A stretch of 64,000 bases of DNA from Octopus vulgaris. Lineage: Eukaryota. The stretch is from the NCBI GenBank assembly GCA_951406725.2, contig OX597816.1, positions 155,186,001 through 155,250,000 of the forward strand, written 5' to 3'. Every line of letters begins with the position of its first letter. Position 1 is the first letter of the stretch. Both the position numbers and the translations under genes were made by a program. The notes beneath the pieces were generated by a model, which searched no databases, was not told the DNA's origin, and saw only the letters and a list, made by a program, of their open reading frames with translations. Positions 26,582 to 40,699 of the stretch are shown piece by piece.

Positions 26582-27200
26582 TGATAGAAATGATAAGACA
26601 ACAAAAGAATGAAAGAGGCCTCGACTTTATGTAAATAGAGGAATTTATCTGTAAATGTAATATGTGACAATTATTCGGTAGCAATGATAAAACTCCGAAA
26701 TTCGGATGTCGAGGTGGAAATCCACGCGGCCATCTCTTCAGTTATCCAGTCATCGGCAAAAATGCTATGATAATGACCGTTAAACAGAGGAAAATTACCG
26801 TGTGGTTGACCGTTCTTAAAGCAAAAGAGCTATTTGAATGACCGCTAAGTGAGGGGAGGGAGTAAAAGTAATGGGGTAATAATGTTCATAGTATTCGCGT
26901 AATCGCGCATGTCCATACCTACACATGCGCGCCCGCACGCCCACGTATATGCGCCTATAAGTATATACTCATCCACCCTCACTTCAAACATGCACATTCT
27001 CACCCACACCATTCGCCAATATAGTTCAGTTCTTGAATTCAGACATGTAGCAGGGTCTAAGCTGCTTTTCCAGATGAGCCATCTTTCCAAATCACAAAGA
27101 CTGCATGTTCCACTATCGTTAGTGTAGGGTTTACACTTAGCTAAGATCTTCCAATGGATGTAACTGACACCATTATCTTTTAAGGACCTGTGTAACCGAC
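26582..27200 (-). mobile_element. Penelope-like 3' end: GIY-YIG C-terminus plus family C pseudo-LTR
   Basis: WKILAKCKPY...CSLCDLERWLI...LNSRTEL at 27200-27015, followed by the hammerhead-like motif at 26746-26686. Confidence 0.8.
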
Positions 27201-27221
27201 ACATTTATCTTTTAAGGACCG

Positions 27222-27826
27222 TTGTCAGGTGTCATTGTTGGTAAAAATCCCGCACGAACGAGAAGTAGTCGAGGGACAGAACAAGTTCGGCCAGCTGAAG
27301 AAGTGTGGAGGTGTCAGGTTGGGGGGTCAGGTCGAAGGTCCAGAAAGTGCAAGAAGTCCTTCGATGTGTGGGATCAGATTTCAAGAGTGAACAAAAGTTT
27401 AGAAGGGCTAGAAGGGAAGGAGAAAGAGTTAAAGAAACGAAGAGCATGGTGAGGATCGTGGATGTAGACGGGGAGGAAAGCTACTAAGGGGGTAAGGACA
27501 CGGTCGTGGTATTTGGAGATCAATTCTGTGGGGCAGTTGTTGGCGGAAACGATGGGGCAGCCAGTGTTGTGGGACTTGAGAATGTTGTGACGGACATAAA
27601 TAGTAGAGGTGCGTAACGTGTGGAAAAAGAGAATGGAGGCGGTGGGAGGAAGGCGGGAGGAGGAAATGCGGTCCAGAATAGTGGGGAACATAGTCTGTTG
27701 CTAGTTAGGCGTGGGGGTGGATGGTGGAGGGCAATTGAAGGAGGTGTCTTGAAGTTGGCAGATAACTTCAGCCATGTAAAGATCTGCGCGCCACATCACC
27801 ACAGCTCCATCCTTGTAGACTGGTTT
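27222..27826 (-). pseudogene. Penelope-like reverse transcriptase fragment
   Basis: KPVYKDGAVVMWRADLY (KPADKG motif), GCPIVSANNCPTELISKY (GRPIVS motif) and HFLDLRPDP. Confidence 0.85.
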
Positions 27827-27839
27827 TACTACACACACA

Positions 27840-27918
<79 letters not shown>

Positions 27919-27949
27919 ACATACACACATACACCTATATATAATGATT

Positions 27950-28330
27950 AAGGAAATAGAATTCCCGAGAATCTTTATTCATCACAACGATCGTTAAGAC
28001 AAATCTTGCATCGGTCCCTTGTGGGCAGGATACTATACAACTGATTGTGTTGCCTCCTCCAGTGCAGATGCATCTCGTCAGGTGTCTTCTTTTGGAGAAG
28101 ACATGATGTCAGTATTTGTATATGTATATTGTGCAAATAGAAAATTTTAAATATCCCTGTTTTGCAAAATAAACGATGAAAATGTACCACTACGAAAGGC
28201 AAAAGAAAAATACTATAAAAGAATTCTAAATCCGAAATGAGACCGAAAAGAGCCAACACTCCATATAATAAACAATGGTAAATGAATATAATAAGCAATG
28301 GTAAATGAAAATTTAAGACTAAAAACCAAA
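27950..28330 (-). mobile_element. PLE pLTR-like repeat with a degenerate hammerhead
   Basis: Minus strand reads CAC-CTGACGA-GATGCATC...TTAA-CGATCG-TT-GTG (28084-27983). The GAAA box is mutated. Confidence 0.45.
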
Positions 28331-28568
28331 AGTCCAAAAGAAACCAGAAATAATACTACGACTACTACAAAAATAACAGCTTCCTCTTTAAGAATACGTT
28401 TGTTTCAAAAGGGTTAACGTAAGCACTTACACACTGGAAAAAACCTTTTTCGATAAAAAAAAGCCTAGTAACATCTTCATAAAAGATTTGATAAAATTTT
28501 TTTCGTAAAATAATAAAAAAAAAATCACCTTTATACTTCAAAATCTCTTTAAAGTAATCCTCATTGAC

Positions 28569-28625
<57 letters not shown>

Positions 28626-28714
28626 CTACTCGCTTAGCCATATTATAAAACAATGCGAACGCATTGTGACCAGCGATGTGTAACAAAATCTGATGGTCTG
28701 CTCGGTCACGTGAT

Positions 28715-28785
<71 letters not shown>

Positions 28786-29124
28786 TACAATATAATATAA
28801 TATAATATGATATAACATAATATTATATTATATTATACTATATTAAAGGAAAAATCAAAACCAAGGCGAAACAAGTATCTCAAGTCATTTACATTAATTT
28901 AATTAGGGTAAGGTGAACTTGAAGTCTTACAGCTGTTTCTGGGATCACCCAAGTAGTTGGTTAGTATGTACGTGCACTGGGTATTTCGTCAACAGAAACA
29001 AGTTATGAATATTTTAGACGGGGAATATTTACAGTTTACAAGGAATAAAATTCACAGTTTATAAGGAATAGAAGAATAAAAAAAATAGGAGGAATAAACA
29101 GTAAAAGTAGTTAGAAGAATATAT

Positions 29125-29153
29125 ATATATCTATATATATTTATATCTATCTA

Positions 29154-29252
<99 letters not shown>

Positions 29253-29275
29253 ATATATATATATATATATATATT
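29125..29275. repeat. (CTAT)n/(CT)n/(TA)n compound microsatellite
   Basis: Directly visible. Confidence 0.95.
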
Positions 29276-32005
29276 TACAGAGAGAGAGACAGACAGACAG
29301 AGGGCGGATAGATAGATAGACAGACTGCTATTAAAGCTTGCCCCTATTTTCAGTATTTGAAGATATTTAAATATGTATCAATCATATGAATATTTATCAT
29401 TTAATTATCGCTAGAATGAAACGCTATAAGAACTATGTTAGTAATTAGTTGAAAATTAGTCAGTCCGGTTGTAATTTCTTTAAAATTCTTTAAAAGCTAA
29501 TAAATATGTAAAATCAATTAGAGTGATTTAGATCTACAATCCGTAAATCACGTACCTTAATCTCTTCCTATTTCTTTGATATTCTTTGTAAATGTGATTA
29601 TCTTTTCGGGAATGCATTATTATATGCTATTTCACTCAGCTAATGAAGATTTTCATCCTATCTTCAAAGTATTTTTTATCACAAACTTAGTAATATATTG
29701 CAGGAAATATCTTCATAAATTATCAAACAAAATTGGAAGATCGCTTGTTCATACAAATTTTACACTTCTGTTGCTCTACATTTTCCAATGTCAATTGATC
29801 GTAATTGATCGTAACTAGTCAATTGATCGTAACTATTATTGAGCACCATAATATTCATAATTCTTCCTATTGAAGCGAACTTTGATTCACGCTAAATCAA
29901 TAATTTCGTTGCTAAATTGCAATATGATGTATTTCAGGTTCATTATCAGCAATTTCTCAGTTAAATGATCCCCTAAATACACTATTTTACCATTTTACAG
30001 TTCTTGCTATTGTGTACGAGTTATAATTTCTCTGCGAAATATCGCACATAAAAAAACACCAGAATTCATGAATTGATAAAAAGCAAACGTTATGATAGCA
30101 CGTCTGAGAATTACATGATCATAAACTGAATACTTCTATTATGAACTGCAAGTATCTTGCAGTTTCTCTAGTGATTTAACTGGTTCGTACGATTATCTGG
30201 TAGACGTAACACAGCTTAGGGTTTAATAGCATTATCTGATGTGTTGATGTCTTTTTGTTTTACAGAATTCATTCATTTGCAATCTCCATTTTCGTCTCTA
30301 TTCACCTTTTTGCTAGTAAATATTGATCTGTAGCTGTTCAGGTTGGATGTTAGCTGTACCAGCCCCTTTAATTGTGTAGGAAAAAGGGAGAAAAATGAAG
30401 AAGGCTGAGATGGATCAAAGTCTGCGCAAAGATTTGCTTATAATCATTCAGCGCACAATTTGACTTATCCACGGTTGGTCCAATGCCAAGGAAGAAATCC
30501 AAGACGACTGAGGTCGGGTGCAAGCTGCCACGACCACAATGTGTAGTGAGGCACCTTAAAAACCAGCTCGCTTGGCATTGTCCTGTTGTAACGAATAGCA
30601 GCACAAAGTACAAAACTTGCCGCCGTTTGTCGGACAGACGAAGAGGGTGTGTGGCCAGGGCAGCTGCCAGATGCTAGAACAAACACTGTTCTGGATTTGA
30701 CGAAGGAAGATTGGGCAGGGCTCAGTGAACATGCTAGTTAAGCCATAGCTGCAACTCTAATAGGTGCTACTACTCTGGGTCAGAGAAGAATTGCGAATAA
30801 TAAGTGGTTAAGATGTGATTCCACACTTCTCAAGGCTCTGGAGTTTTTGTACTAGGGTCCCAAATCCGGATGCAATTGGAAGTCATACTTAGGACACTTC
30901 CAGGGCCAAGTCTTTCTCTCTTTCTGTATATTTATATATATATGTGTGTGTGCGTGCGCGCGCTCGTGTGCGTCTGTGTGTATTGTAAATATGTTTTTGT
31001 ATGTGTGTATATATATATATATATGCATATACATACGTATATAGATATGTGTGGGTGTTTTTTAATATGATACATACGTGTATGTACGTGTATTATAGTG
31101 GAGTATATTGTTTACATTAAATTTCTTCTCCTTCATCACGAGTTTCATGATACTGTTATCTTAGGTTTTAGATGTCATCGTTCAGCATCCGTTGTAGTTA
31201 TATATACATCAGACCAAACATATACTTCCTTTATGCTTTTGAAGATAATAACACTGTACGACTGGAGGTTGCAATGCTAGATAGAAACATCCTATCGACG
31301 ACTTCGGAATATAACAGTATCTGTCAGAACGACAACCGTCGTATAAAGACAGATACAACAGTGGAAAAAACCCGATTTATAACAGTTTACTGCTTATTCA
31401 TTATTCACTTCTGTGTTTATCATATGAATACCTGTTGATGATATCATTCATATTTATCTGTTTTCTTTATAAATACGAGGTATCTTATATCTGAAGCTTT
31501 TAAAAATGTCTTCGATATATATACTGTAGATGAGATTGTATTTAGTATCAAATGCGTATAAACTGTTATCCTTTGCTGTGTGCTAATTTGGTTGTTTTTC
31601 TAAAGCGTCGTCTGATATCGTTCTTCAATCGAAAGAAGAAAAAAACATTAAAAAAAACATAAAAAACATTCTATCAAAAATGGTATTAATATCACGTTTC
31701 AGAGTATAATATCACGTTTCAGAGTTGCAAATCAGCAATAAATATTCAACTTGAATTTTTGCTGATGATCATTACTTTAAGGTTTTCTTATACAACTGCT
31801 ATTTGTAAAGACTTTCCAAAGAAATACGTTTGAACTAGATTTACAGAAATGAATAGATTGGCATAATTTAGTTTTGAATTAATTTTTCCATGTATGGCTT
31901 CAAACGGTTTGGCATGCCGATAAAATTCAGAAATTACCCAATTTTTTCCCCTTTGTGATTTAAAATGAAATTCATTTAAATATATGGTAATATTTATAAC
32001 AAATA

Positions 32006-32200
32006 AGGCGGTGAGCTAGGAGAATTGTTAGCACACCGGAGAAAACGTTTTGCAGCATTTCGTTTATCTCTACCACCTGAGTTCAAATTCCGCCGAGGTT
32101 GATTTTGCCATTCATCCTTTCGGGGTCGATAAAATAATTAGCAGTCAAGTCCTAGGTCGATGTAATCGGCAAGCCTCGTCACCCAAAACTGCATGCCCTG
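32006..32200 (+). mobile_element. SINE family B, diverged
   Basis: Head and TTCATCCTTTCGGGGTCGATAAA core are present. Confidence 0.8.
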
Positions 32201-32399
32201 TGTCTATAGCAGTAAGGAATTTTCGTAAGAAATGCCAAGCAAGTAATTCATCTTCGCAAAAATGTAACTTTCATGCCAATAGTCTACATGTGTTTTCTGA
32301 ACCTATAAAAACAATAGTTTTCTGTTTTCCTGTCAAGCAAGCTTCACAATCATAAGGCAAATCTCCATAATCAAATGCAAGTCCTTACAGTTCTTTAAA

Positions 32400-33240
32400 T
32401 AGGCAATGGCTACACGATGGAGACTTCATAAAATAGATATTTAAAATAGTTGCACACGAAGTACTTTTTCATTCTACTGGTTTCGCATATCAATTTTCTT
32501 GATAAATTATGCACTATAATTTTGAAAATTCATTTATCTTCTAAATTTAGATAATCCAACTGAATTTAATCGAATTTAATTTAGAATAAGAGCCTAATTT
32601 AGACTCAAACATTGCTGAGGCACCCGTTTGTTAATATATTCTCAAGATTTTAAAGGGAGGACTTGAAAATTATTTTAGCTTTCTTTACTTTTGTATCAAT
32701 ATAGTTTCTAACAGCAGCAGATTTCATCGTGAGTGGAAATAATTTCTCCAGTAACATCATGCTAATTACAAGCCTAACTGTGAATACGTCGATAGTTTTG
32801 TCGATAATGAGCGAAAGTTAACTAAATTCCCATAATCTTTTTGCGATTATTATGGGTATTTTGATAATTTATACCGACAGCAATAACTCCATCTTGTTCT
32901 GCTATTATTATATTATCCTGCGTTGCAAACGCATATTTTCCTTCTTTTAGCTTTTAGCAGGTACAAAACTTCAGCAACTGCTAAACAGAATTCTTGCCCA
33001 ATAAGTTGCATAAGCTTTCAATCTTAAGATTTTTAATTATCTCCTTCAAATAAATTACAATCAGAATGTTTAATCGTTTAATGACGAATACCTTTAATTT
33101 TCTTAAATGCCCAGGAGAGATTCAAGACAGTTGATACACTGGTCTGAATTTCACTTCACCAAAGAAGAAATTATTTTCCACTTATTTTATTGCGTTTTGC
33201 TTTTTAAAAGCCATTTTCTTTTGTTGCAGCAATTATGAGA
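32400..33240 (-). pseudogene. hAT (SPIN/Buster/GTF2IRD2-like) transposase relic
   Basis: Minus-strand pieces resemble family motifs: KW..NFFFGEVKFRPV, LIIDKTIDV (LALDESTDV), NGASAM (TDGAPAM) and CIIYQEN (HCIIHQE). Confidence 0.6.
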
Positions 33241-33464
33241 TGTTATCAAAAATTAAAACTAACATCTGCGTCACTTAACATGTTTGCTGATAAAATGAAA
33301 TGAATTGCCATCCGCCTGTACTAGTATGTGATTTAAATTGGGACAATGCCTGCAATTTCGTGCGGCGGGGTAAGTCGATTACACAACCCAGTATTAAACT
33401 GGTACTTATTTTATCGACTCCAAAATGATAAAAGGCAGAGTCGACCTCAGTGGAATTTGAGCTC

Positions 33465-35062
33465 AAATCCTATATATATTTTATCGTTGATTATTATAAT
33501 AATAAATATGAATTTATTCGCTGCTGAATTAATTTGGTTATTCGAACATGCCTGAGATGAGCCATCTGCATTTAAACTGTATATATGTGTGATCATTTAT
33601 AGATGCATTAGGATACGTATGTGTTCGTATGGTAAGTATAATTGTTTATAATTATGTACATTCAGTTATTGATGATGGTAAAAGAATTTATATCTCTGAA
33701 CTAGAAATCAATTAGTCGATGGGTAAACATTAAAAAAAAACTTTTTTGCTCATTTCCCTCGCTTTCAGTCCGTGTCTATGTCATAAATAAGGTAGTTTTA
33801 GAGTTATTTGACATTTGACAGAGCATATAATATTTTATAATAATTATAATAAGGGTGACTACATAGTAGTACTACACGCTAGAAGAAAATATCAAATGAC
33901 TATAAAACTACTTTATTTATCACACTAACACGGACTAAAAGCGAGGGAAATGATGAAAAAGTTTTTTTTTAAAAGTTTAATCAATTGATTTCTGGTTCAG
34001 GGATATAACTTCCTTTACTGCCATCAGTATGACATAATGTATATAATTATAAACATTTATACATACTATACTAATACAACGAGTCCCCAGTGCATCTACA
34101 AATGTTCATATTTATATACATATTTCATATCTAGATCGTTCATCACAGCAACGTGTGAATAACCAAAATAATTCAGCAGCGAATACATTGATTTAAGTGA
34201 ATCCATATTTATTATTATAATCAAGAATAAAATTTATATAGAATTTTATCAGGTAGTTAGTAATGTAAAAACTTTTAGGTATAAATTAATACAGAGTATA
34301 TGATTTTTTATAATAATTATAATCAGAGCAACTACATAGTAGTACCACACGCTAGAAGAAGATGTCAAAATAACTCTAAGACTACTTTATTTATCATATA
34401 GACACGGACTGAAAGGGAGGGAAATGAACAAAAAATAGGCACAGGAGTAGCTGTGTGGTAACATGCTTACCAACCACATGGTTCCGGATTCAGTCCCACT
34501 GCGTGGCACCTTGGGCAAGTGTCTTTTACTATAGCCTCGGGCCGACCGAGGCCTTGTGAGTGGACTTAGTAGACGGAAACTGAAAGAAGCCCGTCGTATA
34601 TATGTATATATATACATATATGTATGTGTGTGTATATGTTGTGTATCTGTTTGTCCCCACAAAATCGCTTGACAACCGATGCTGTTGTGTTTAGTTCCCC
34701 GTAACCTAGCTGTTTGGCAAAAGAGACTGATAGAATAAGTGCTAGGCTTACAAAGAATAAGTCCTGGGTCGATTTGATTCTACTAAAATCGGTGCTCCAG
34801 CATGGCCGCAGTCAAATGACTGAAACAAGTAAAGAAATATATCAATTGATTTCTTGTTCAGGGATATGACTTCCTTTACCGTCATCAGTATGACATGACT
34901 CGACGTATATAATTATAAACATTTATACATTTGACATCTAGCGTGTGGCACTATGATGCAGATACCTTTATTATAATTATTATGATTGATTTATACATAA
35001 AAGGTTTTGCATGCTAGCTACCTGTTAAATCCTGTATAGATTTCATCCTTGATTATAATAAT
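33465..35062. repeat. Complex inverted and tandem repeat with hammerhead-like motifs
   Basis: 33465-33816 is inverted versus 33887-34246. 34305-34930 is a direct partial copy split by a SINE. 34931-35062 is inverted versus about 34207-34368. Confidence 0.8.
34437..34835 (+). mobile_element. SINE family A, full length
   Basis: Homologous to 58350-58783 and inserted into the preceding repeat. Confidence 0.9.
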
Positions 35063-35064
35063 AA

Positions 35065-35410
35065 CTAGCAGTATAGCCCGGCTTTGCTCGGGATTAAGTT
35101 AGGATTATCAAGCTAATCAGGCTCTTTATTTCAAAGCAAACTAAGTAGCATCAACATCGACGTCAAATTTGAATGAAATCCGTTGAAATTGGTAAACTTT
35201 TGGCTGCAATTTTTCTGACAATTTGATTGGGAAATCCCATAAGGAATCGGTTTCTCGATTTTTTTCACTCGTCGATTGTTTTTTTTGTCTTGTTTTTTTT
35301 TCATGTAACACCACTTTGCGCATGGATTGAGAACCCCTCAAAAGGGCCCTCGATCCTCTGTGTGAGAGGCGGTTATGTTCAGATCACAACTAAGTTTATA
35401 TATATGGGCA

Positions 35411-35441
<31 letters not shown>

Positions 35442-35846
35442 TATACGTATATACACCTATTGCATACATGTTTTTGCACGCCTATGCCCCTACCACTGTC
35501 CCACCACCACCTCCTACCCGAGTAATACTATCAATTGAAGCAAATTTGGCACTCGGAAGTAAGTTTTGTAACAGGAATAGAGAAGCCTACCTTCTCCCGC
35601 AGAGATGTGAAAGTCATACCTCTCCTTTCGAAAACATGAACAGTTTCGAAACATTGTTTGCGAAGGAGCGTGTCTACAGTCATCACGTAGGTCTTTTGCT
35701 CTGGTAACCTCTGCTCTCTCCCATGTTCACGCACGACCATTTATATATCGCTATGAGTAGAGCAACTGATTCAGCTAATTTGGAAATTAGTTGTGGAGAA
35801 ACGGAGAATATCGTTTATGTTGCCCGTATATATATATACGCGCAAC

Positions 35847-35884
<38 letters not shown>

Positions 35885-36340
35885 ATACATTGCATACATG
35901 TGTCTTTTACGCATACATGCTCGTATGTGTGTATGTGTGACTGAAGCCATTCACACATACATACATAACAACACCTGTCTGTCTGTTATTGCCAGTAAAA
36001 AGACGAAATTTTGAAACTCTGCTATCTCTCTCTCTCTTTCTCTCTCTCTCTCTCCCTCTCTCTCCCCCTCTTTACACCATCGCTAGGAGGAGACTTAACT
36101 CATGTTTGCTTCGTAAACAATGGTAGGTTTCATCGCCGTAAAAATTTGGAGGCTATGGCTCAAAATTATTTACCGCTGTTCGCGGGTTACTCGGGGGAAA
36201 ATAATTTGACGAAAATACAGCTGGTTTCGTGACGAATGTCCTCCTATAGTTTGAGCGACATGCTTGCTAATTTGTGGATGGACATAAACTAGAATCACGT
36301 ACACACACACACACATCTTGCCTTATATATATATATACAG

Positions 36341-36341
<1 letters not shown>
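35065..36341 (-). mobile_element. Non-autonomous Helitron
   Basis: The minus strand starts A|TC at 36341 and ends in hairpin CCCGAGC-AAA-GCCGGG, a short spacer and CTAG|T at 35065. It contains a PIF1-like helicase fragment. Confidence 0.7.
35690..35820 (+). pseudogene. Helitron/PIF1 helicase C-terminal fragment
   Basis: MFTHDHLYIAMSRAT...ETENIVY resembles FSHGQLYVALSRV...TKNIVY. Confidence 0.75.
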
Positions 36342-36401
<60 letters not shown>

Positions 36402-36411
36402 CAATAATAAT
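36341..36411. repeat. (AAT)n microsatellite
   Basis: Directly visible. Confidence 0.95.
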
Positions 36412-36929
36412 AGATAGCCGTTCCACCAACACAGACACCACACCTCATCACACAGCACAAACATTCCGTTAATGAACTCTCAGATGACTTTTAAGACCAG
36501 CTGCTGACTGACAAGATTCTAAACACAAGTGATAGATATTCATGTCTCTTTTATATCGTTGCCCTTTGGAATCTGATTCTGAAGGAATGGTTTTGTGAAC
36601 TTGTGTATGCCTTTTAAGTCCAGATATTGTCTTACAAGTTTTGTGACGTATGACACAAGTCGTAAAAGGCGGTTGGTGTCCACAATTATTACCTATCTTG
36701 GCATTTCGATTTTCATGTTATTTCATATGATTTATCTATACTGCTTATGACAACAGAACACGATCACATATAATACATATTATTTTTTTAAATCAGTGAA
36801 TAATTCTGGACATTACCAAGTTCAAACAAAACTTAGAGGGAGAGAGAAAGAGAGAGAGAGAGAGCGAGAGAAGGAAGGAGAGAGGTGAGGGTGGAAAAGG
36901 AGAGGAGATAAAACACAAATATTGACTGT

Positions 36930-37400
36930 TTATTATTTGTTCCTTTGCGACAGGTCCTTTTAAGCGCAGAAAGCTGAATCATCATTTTCCCCAAAACATT
37001 GCAACCAGTCCTAACAGCACATTTCCACCTGCTCCGATCTAGAACATGGTTTTTCTAATCACTTTTGTTCATATCTATTTTCTTCAGGTTTTCTTTCACG
37101 CAGTCTTTATACCATTACCCTGGCTTATATTGTTGTCACTTACCAGAGTTAAGCTCACCATAAAAGAGAAGCTTTGGCAATCGCTCGTCTTTCATTCTAA
37201 TAAGATGTCCACTCCATTTCATTTGAGCCAAGATAACATGTTGTTCAATTGAGTTACAACGTGCCATGCGCAAAACTTCTGTGTCTGGTATGAAATATAC
37301 TCACTTGACTCCTAAGATACGTGTGAGGCATTTTTGATGAAATCTCTCCTGCATTTTTATATAATGCCTGTAAGTGGTTCACGTCTCACTTGAATAAAGA
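36930..37400 (-). mobile_element. RTE/BovB-like LINE 3' relic
   Basis: WSGHLIRMKDERLPKLLFYGELNSG...YKDCVKENLK...LDRSRWKCAV. Confidence 0.75.
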
Positions 37401-38392
37401 AGTGCAGTCAATACACACGCTTTATGGACACTGATATTTGTCTACAGGGAAATACTTCTATGCGCCCATACTCGCTTTTTAAACTTTCCAAATGCAAAAC
37501 TCCCCACCCCAAATATATTTATATTTATAGAAAGAGAGAGGGCGGGAAGGAAAAATTTGTTTGAGATCAAAACTAATATTGTCAATATGGAAATTATTTT
37601 TTTTAATCAGTGGATAATTCTGGACATTACCAAGTTCAAACAAAACTTAGAGGGAGAGAGAGAGAGAGGGGGGTGGAAGGAGAGCGAGAGAAAAGGAAAG
37701 AGAGAGGTGAGGGTGGAAAAGGAGAGGAGATAAAACACAAACAGAAACGATTTGGTAACTTTAAGAGAGACGGACCTAAAGATTATGTTACACAATTTAG
37801 TAAAACATCATCATGGCAATTCGTGTGTCATACCAGACGTCAGAAACGCCGTAGATGTCTCATACCTAACCAAAAACATTAATAAATTAAATTAAGATTA
37901 TATTGACAAAGTAATCCTAGATATGCAAAAAAAAAAAAAAATTAGGCAGCCACTGCTGGAATTTACAATGGTAATACTCTTGTGTGTTTCTTTGTCACAA
38001 CATAGGAATGAGAAAGGAAGGGATAATAGATAAATAAGGAAGGAAGGGGTGATGGCAAAGTTGGTAGTGGGACGACGGGAGTTCTACGGTGAAAAAAATC
38101 AAACTGCGTTCCAACTCTGCGTGAGTATATGTATATGTATGTAAAAGAGAGTTATGTGAATGTTTATGTGTGCGTGTGTTTGTGTGTGTGTGTGTTTGTG
38201 TGTGTGTGCATGTGTGTGTGTGTGTGTAATGGAAGTGCGATGTTGAACATTCAACGCTGAAAAGAAAAATCAAACAGCGTTTCTACTCTATGTGATTATG
38301 TGTGTATGTGTGTGCGTGTACAAGGGGAGTATGTGAATGTTCGTATGTGTGATTATTTTGTACCTTATTTATATATAAAATACTATAATTAA

Positions 38393-38424
38393 CCGTCAGT
38401 TTTGACGGCAGAGGGTCAGCTAGT
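38393..38424 (+). mobile_element. Helitron-like 3' end
   Basis: Hairpin CCGTCA-GTTT-TGACGG, then 11 nt, then CTAG|T. The 5' end was not located. Confidence 0.55.
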
Positions 38425-38557
38425 ACCATTTATAATATCTACGCGTTCTACTTTACTGTCAGCTTTGTCCGTGGGTAACACTTATACAAAAGGAGATGGT
38501 GACTCCATATTACACACACACACAGACACAGACACAGACACACACACACAGACACAG

Positions 38558-38637
<80 letters not shown>

Positions 38638-39651
38638 GAGAAGAGGAGACTTATCACAAGCGCAGTCGAAATGTTTAACATACTGAAACAATATTATGTA
38701 GATTTATAAATTTATGCATTAAAAGATATATCGATAAACATCTAAATTAAAATGATAAGCCTTAGTTATCAAATAGCTGTGAATATTACACTTTTTTTCT
38801 TTTACATGTCCCAGACCAACGTCTGTAGTCTTACTGGGACATCTCCGTTATCCTTTTTTCGTTATTCGGTTTAAATACTTATCGGTACTATGAGAGTAGA
38901 CAAATGCAGAAGGGAATGCATATATAATAGTTAATTAGTTAGTTTCTCACCAGCTAGCAAGATAGATAGGTACGTAGGTGAGTCTACAGATATATCAACA
39001 TTTATGCAGATAGAGAGATATATTAATAGATATACAAGATATGCAACTGAACTGAACCGAAATGAAAAGAAATGTAAATAATCTTAATTGGTAAATAACT
39101 TTGACAGAGCATCGTTGGTGGTTGGACAGCGAACAGTGTAGTATTTTTATATATACGAATAGGTTTTCTCATTCTAATTCAACCTTTATTTCCTTAAACT
39201 ATAAATCACATCATATTTGTCGAACATAATAAAAGAAGGGAAATAAGCAATACCTCCTAAGTTCATTTCTATTATATTTGAAAGTCCAGTTTTAATTAAG
39301 TGACATGATTTCATAAGAATCTTTTGAGATTGCTTGCGTGCTTGTATTTCATGTAAGAACAGGTTTTCAAAAATATTGGCTTTGACTGTGGAATTTCCAC
39401 AGTTCCTGCTTATAGAATATAATTACCCGAGTCAAGTCTGAGCTGGAGCTAAGAACCAATAACTTAACTCAAAAACGTATGAACTTAAATGAGCATCGCA
39501 AAAATGTGTCACCAATAAAATAGTTCTAACTTGGGCAATGAACCTATAGATTTTATTGGTTTGTAATGCGGATTTCATCAGTGTTCTACGACCATATGAA
39601 GAAGATACCATTTGCGAGAATTCAACTAGCAGATTAAATGAGTTCAAATCA

Positions 39652-39728
39652 GAATCTGAAGGTGTCGCTGCCACTCAGGTGTTTTATTTCCCTTTTAACC
39701 AGTCGACTGACGAAACTCGAGTAGATTC
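39652..39728 (+). ncRNA. Degenerate hammerhead-like motif
   Basis: GAAT-CTGAAGG...GAC-GAAA-CTCGAG-TA-GATTC, with a palindromic stem III. Confidence 0.4.
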
Positions 39729-40699
39729 AGCTTTGAATAAATATTATTTTGCGTTTAAATACATTTTTACTTAATTGTATCATGCAGGATTTAGAATTGA
39801 TCCTGAATACAGGATGGTTAAAGAGTCATGCAACAATGTAGGCGTTAATTCTCTCGCTCTTCAACCTTTCGGGTGCGATACAATATGTACTATTTGATTA
39901 CTGGAGTCGATGTAATCGACTTACTCCAGACTCCAAAATTGCTGGCCTTTAGCGAAAATTTGAAACCATTATCGTTATGTAAAATATTTAAGATCATGAA
40001 TATTTTATCATGTTTAGATAATGACATTTTCTAAAATACATAAATATAGATGCACCAACAAAATATCAAAGATAGTACGAAACACATATAGAAGTAAAAG
40101 TTTGACATTAAAAATTATGAATTTTCCATATTAAATAATCGCTAAAGAGACATTTTAATCACACTAATTATGTGTGCTTTGATTGTTTGTGCGCATGTAT
40201 GTGATTGTGTGTATGTATGCATGTGTGCGTGAACATATTTATGTACATTTGGTGTATATTTCTTGTTGCATTTACTACTTAAATGTGATGTAAGCCAAGG
40301 TGAGCTCAGTCATTCAGCACATATGGAGTGGGTATACTGAGCACAATATTCGAATTCGTTGACTAAAACACCCTAAATTCACCTCCCAGCATGGCCACAA
40401 TTCTTATGACTAGTTCCAGTAAAATAATAAAAAAAACGAAATAATGTATAACTATTTAATGTTGGTGGTTGGTGAGTATATTAAAACTGACACCGTTATC
40501 TGAAGCAATGAAACATCCTGTGAAAAGGCATATATGGTATACGTTACAGTTTCTTTAAATTACAAGGCTCTCTGTGTGTAATTAGAATGAAATTTACCCT
40601 TTGGTCAAACCAAGCCAAAATACGACTCACGACCTGGACTGGCTTTTGTGAATGACCCTCTATATCACTAATAAGGCAATAGTTAGCTGGATTTAGATT

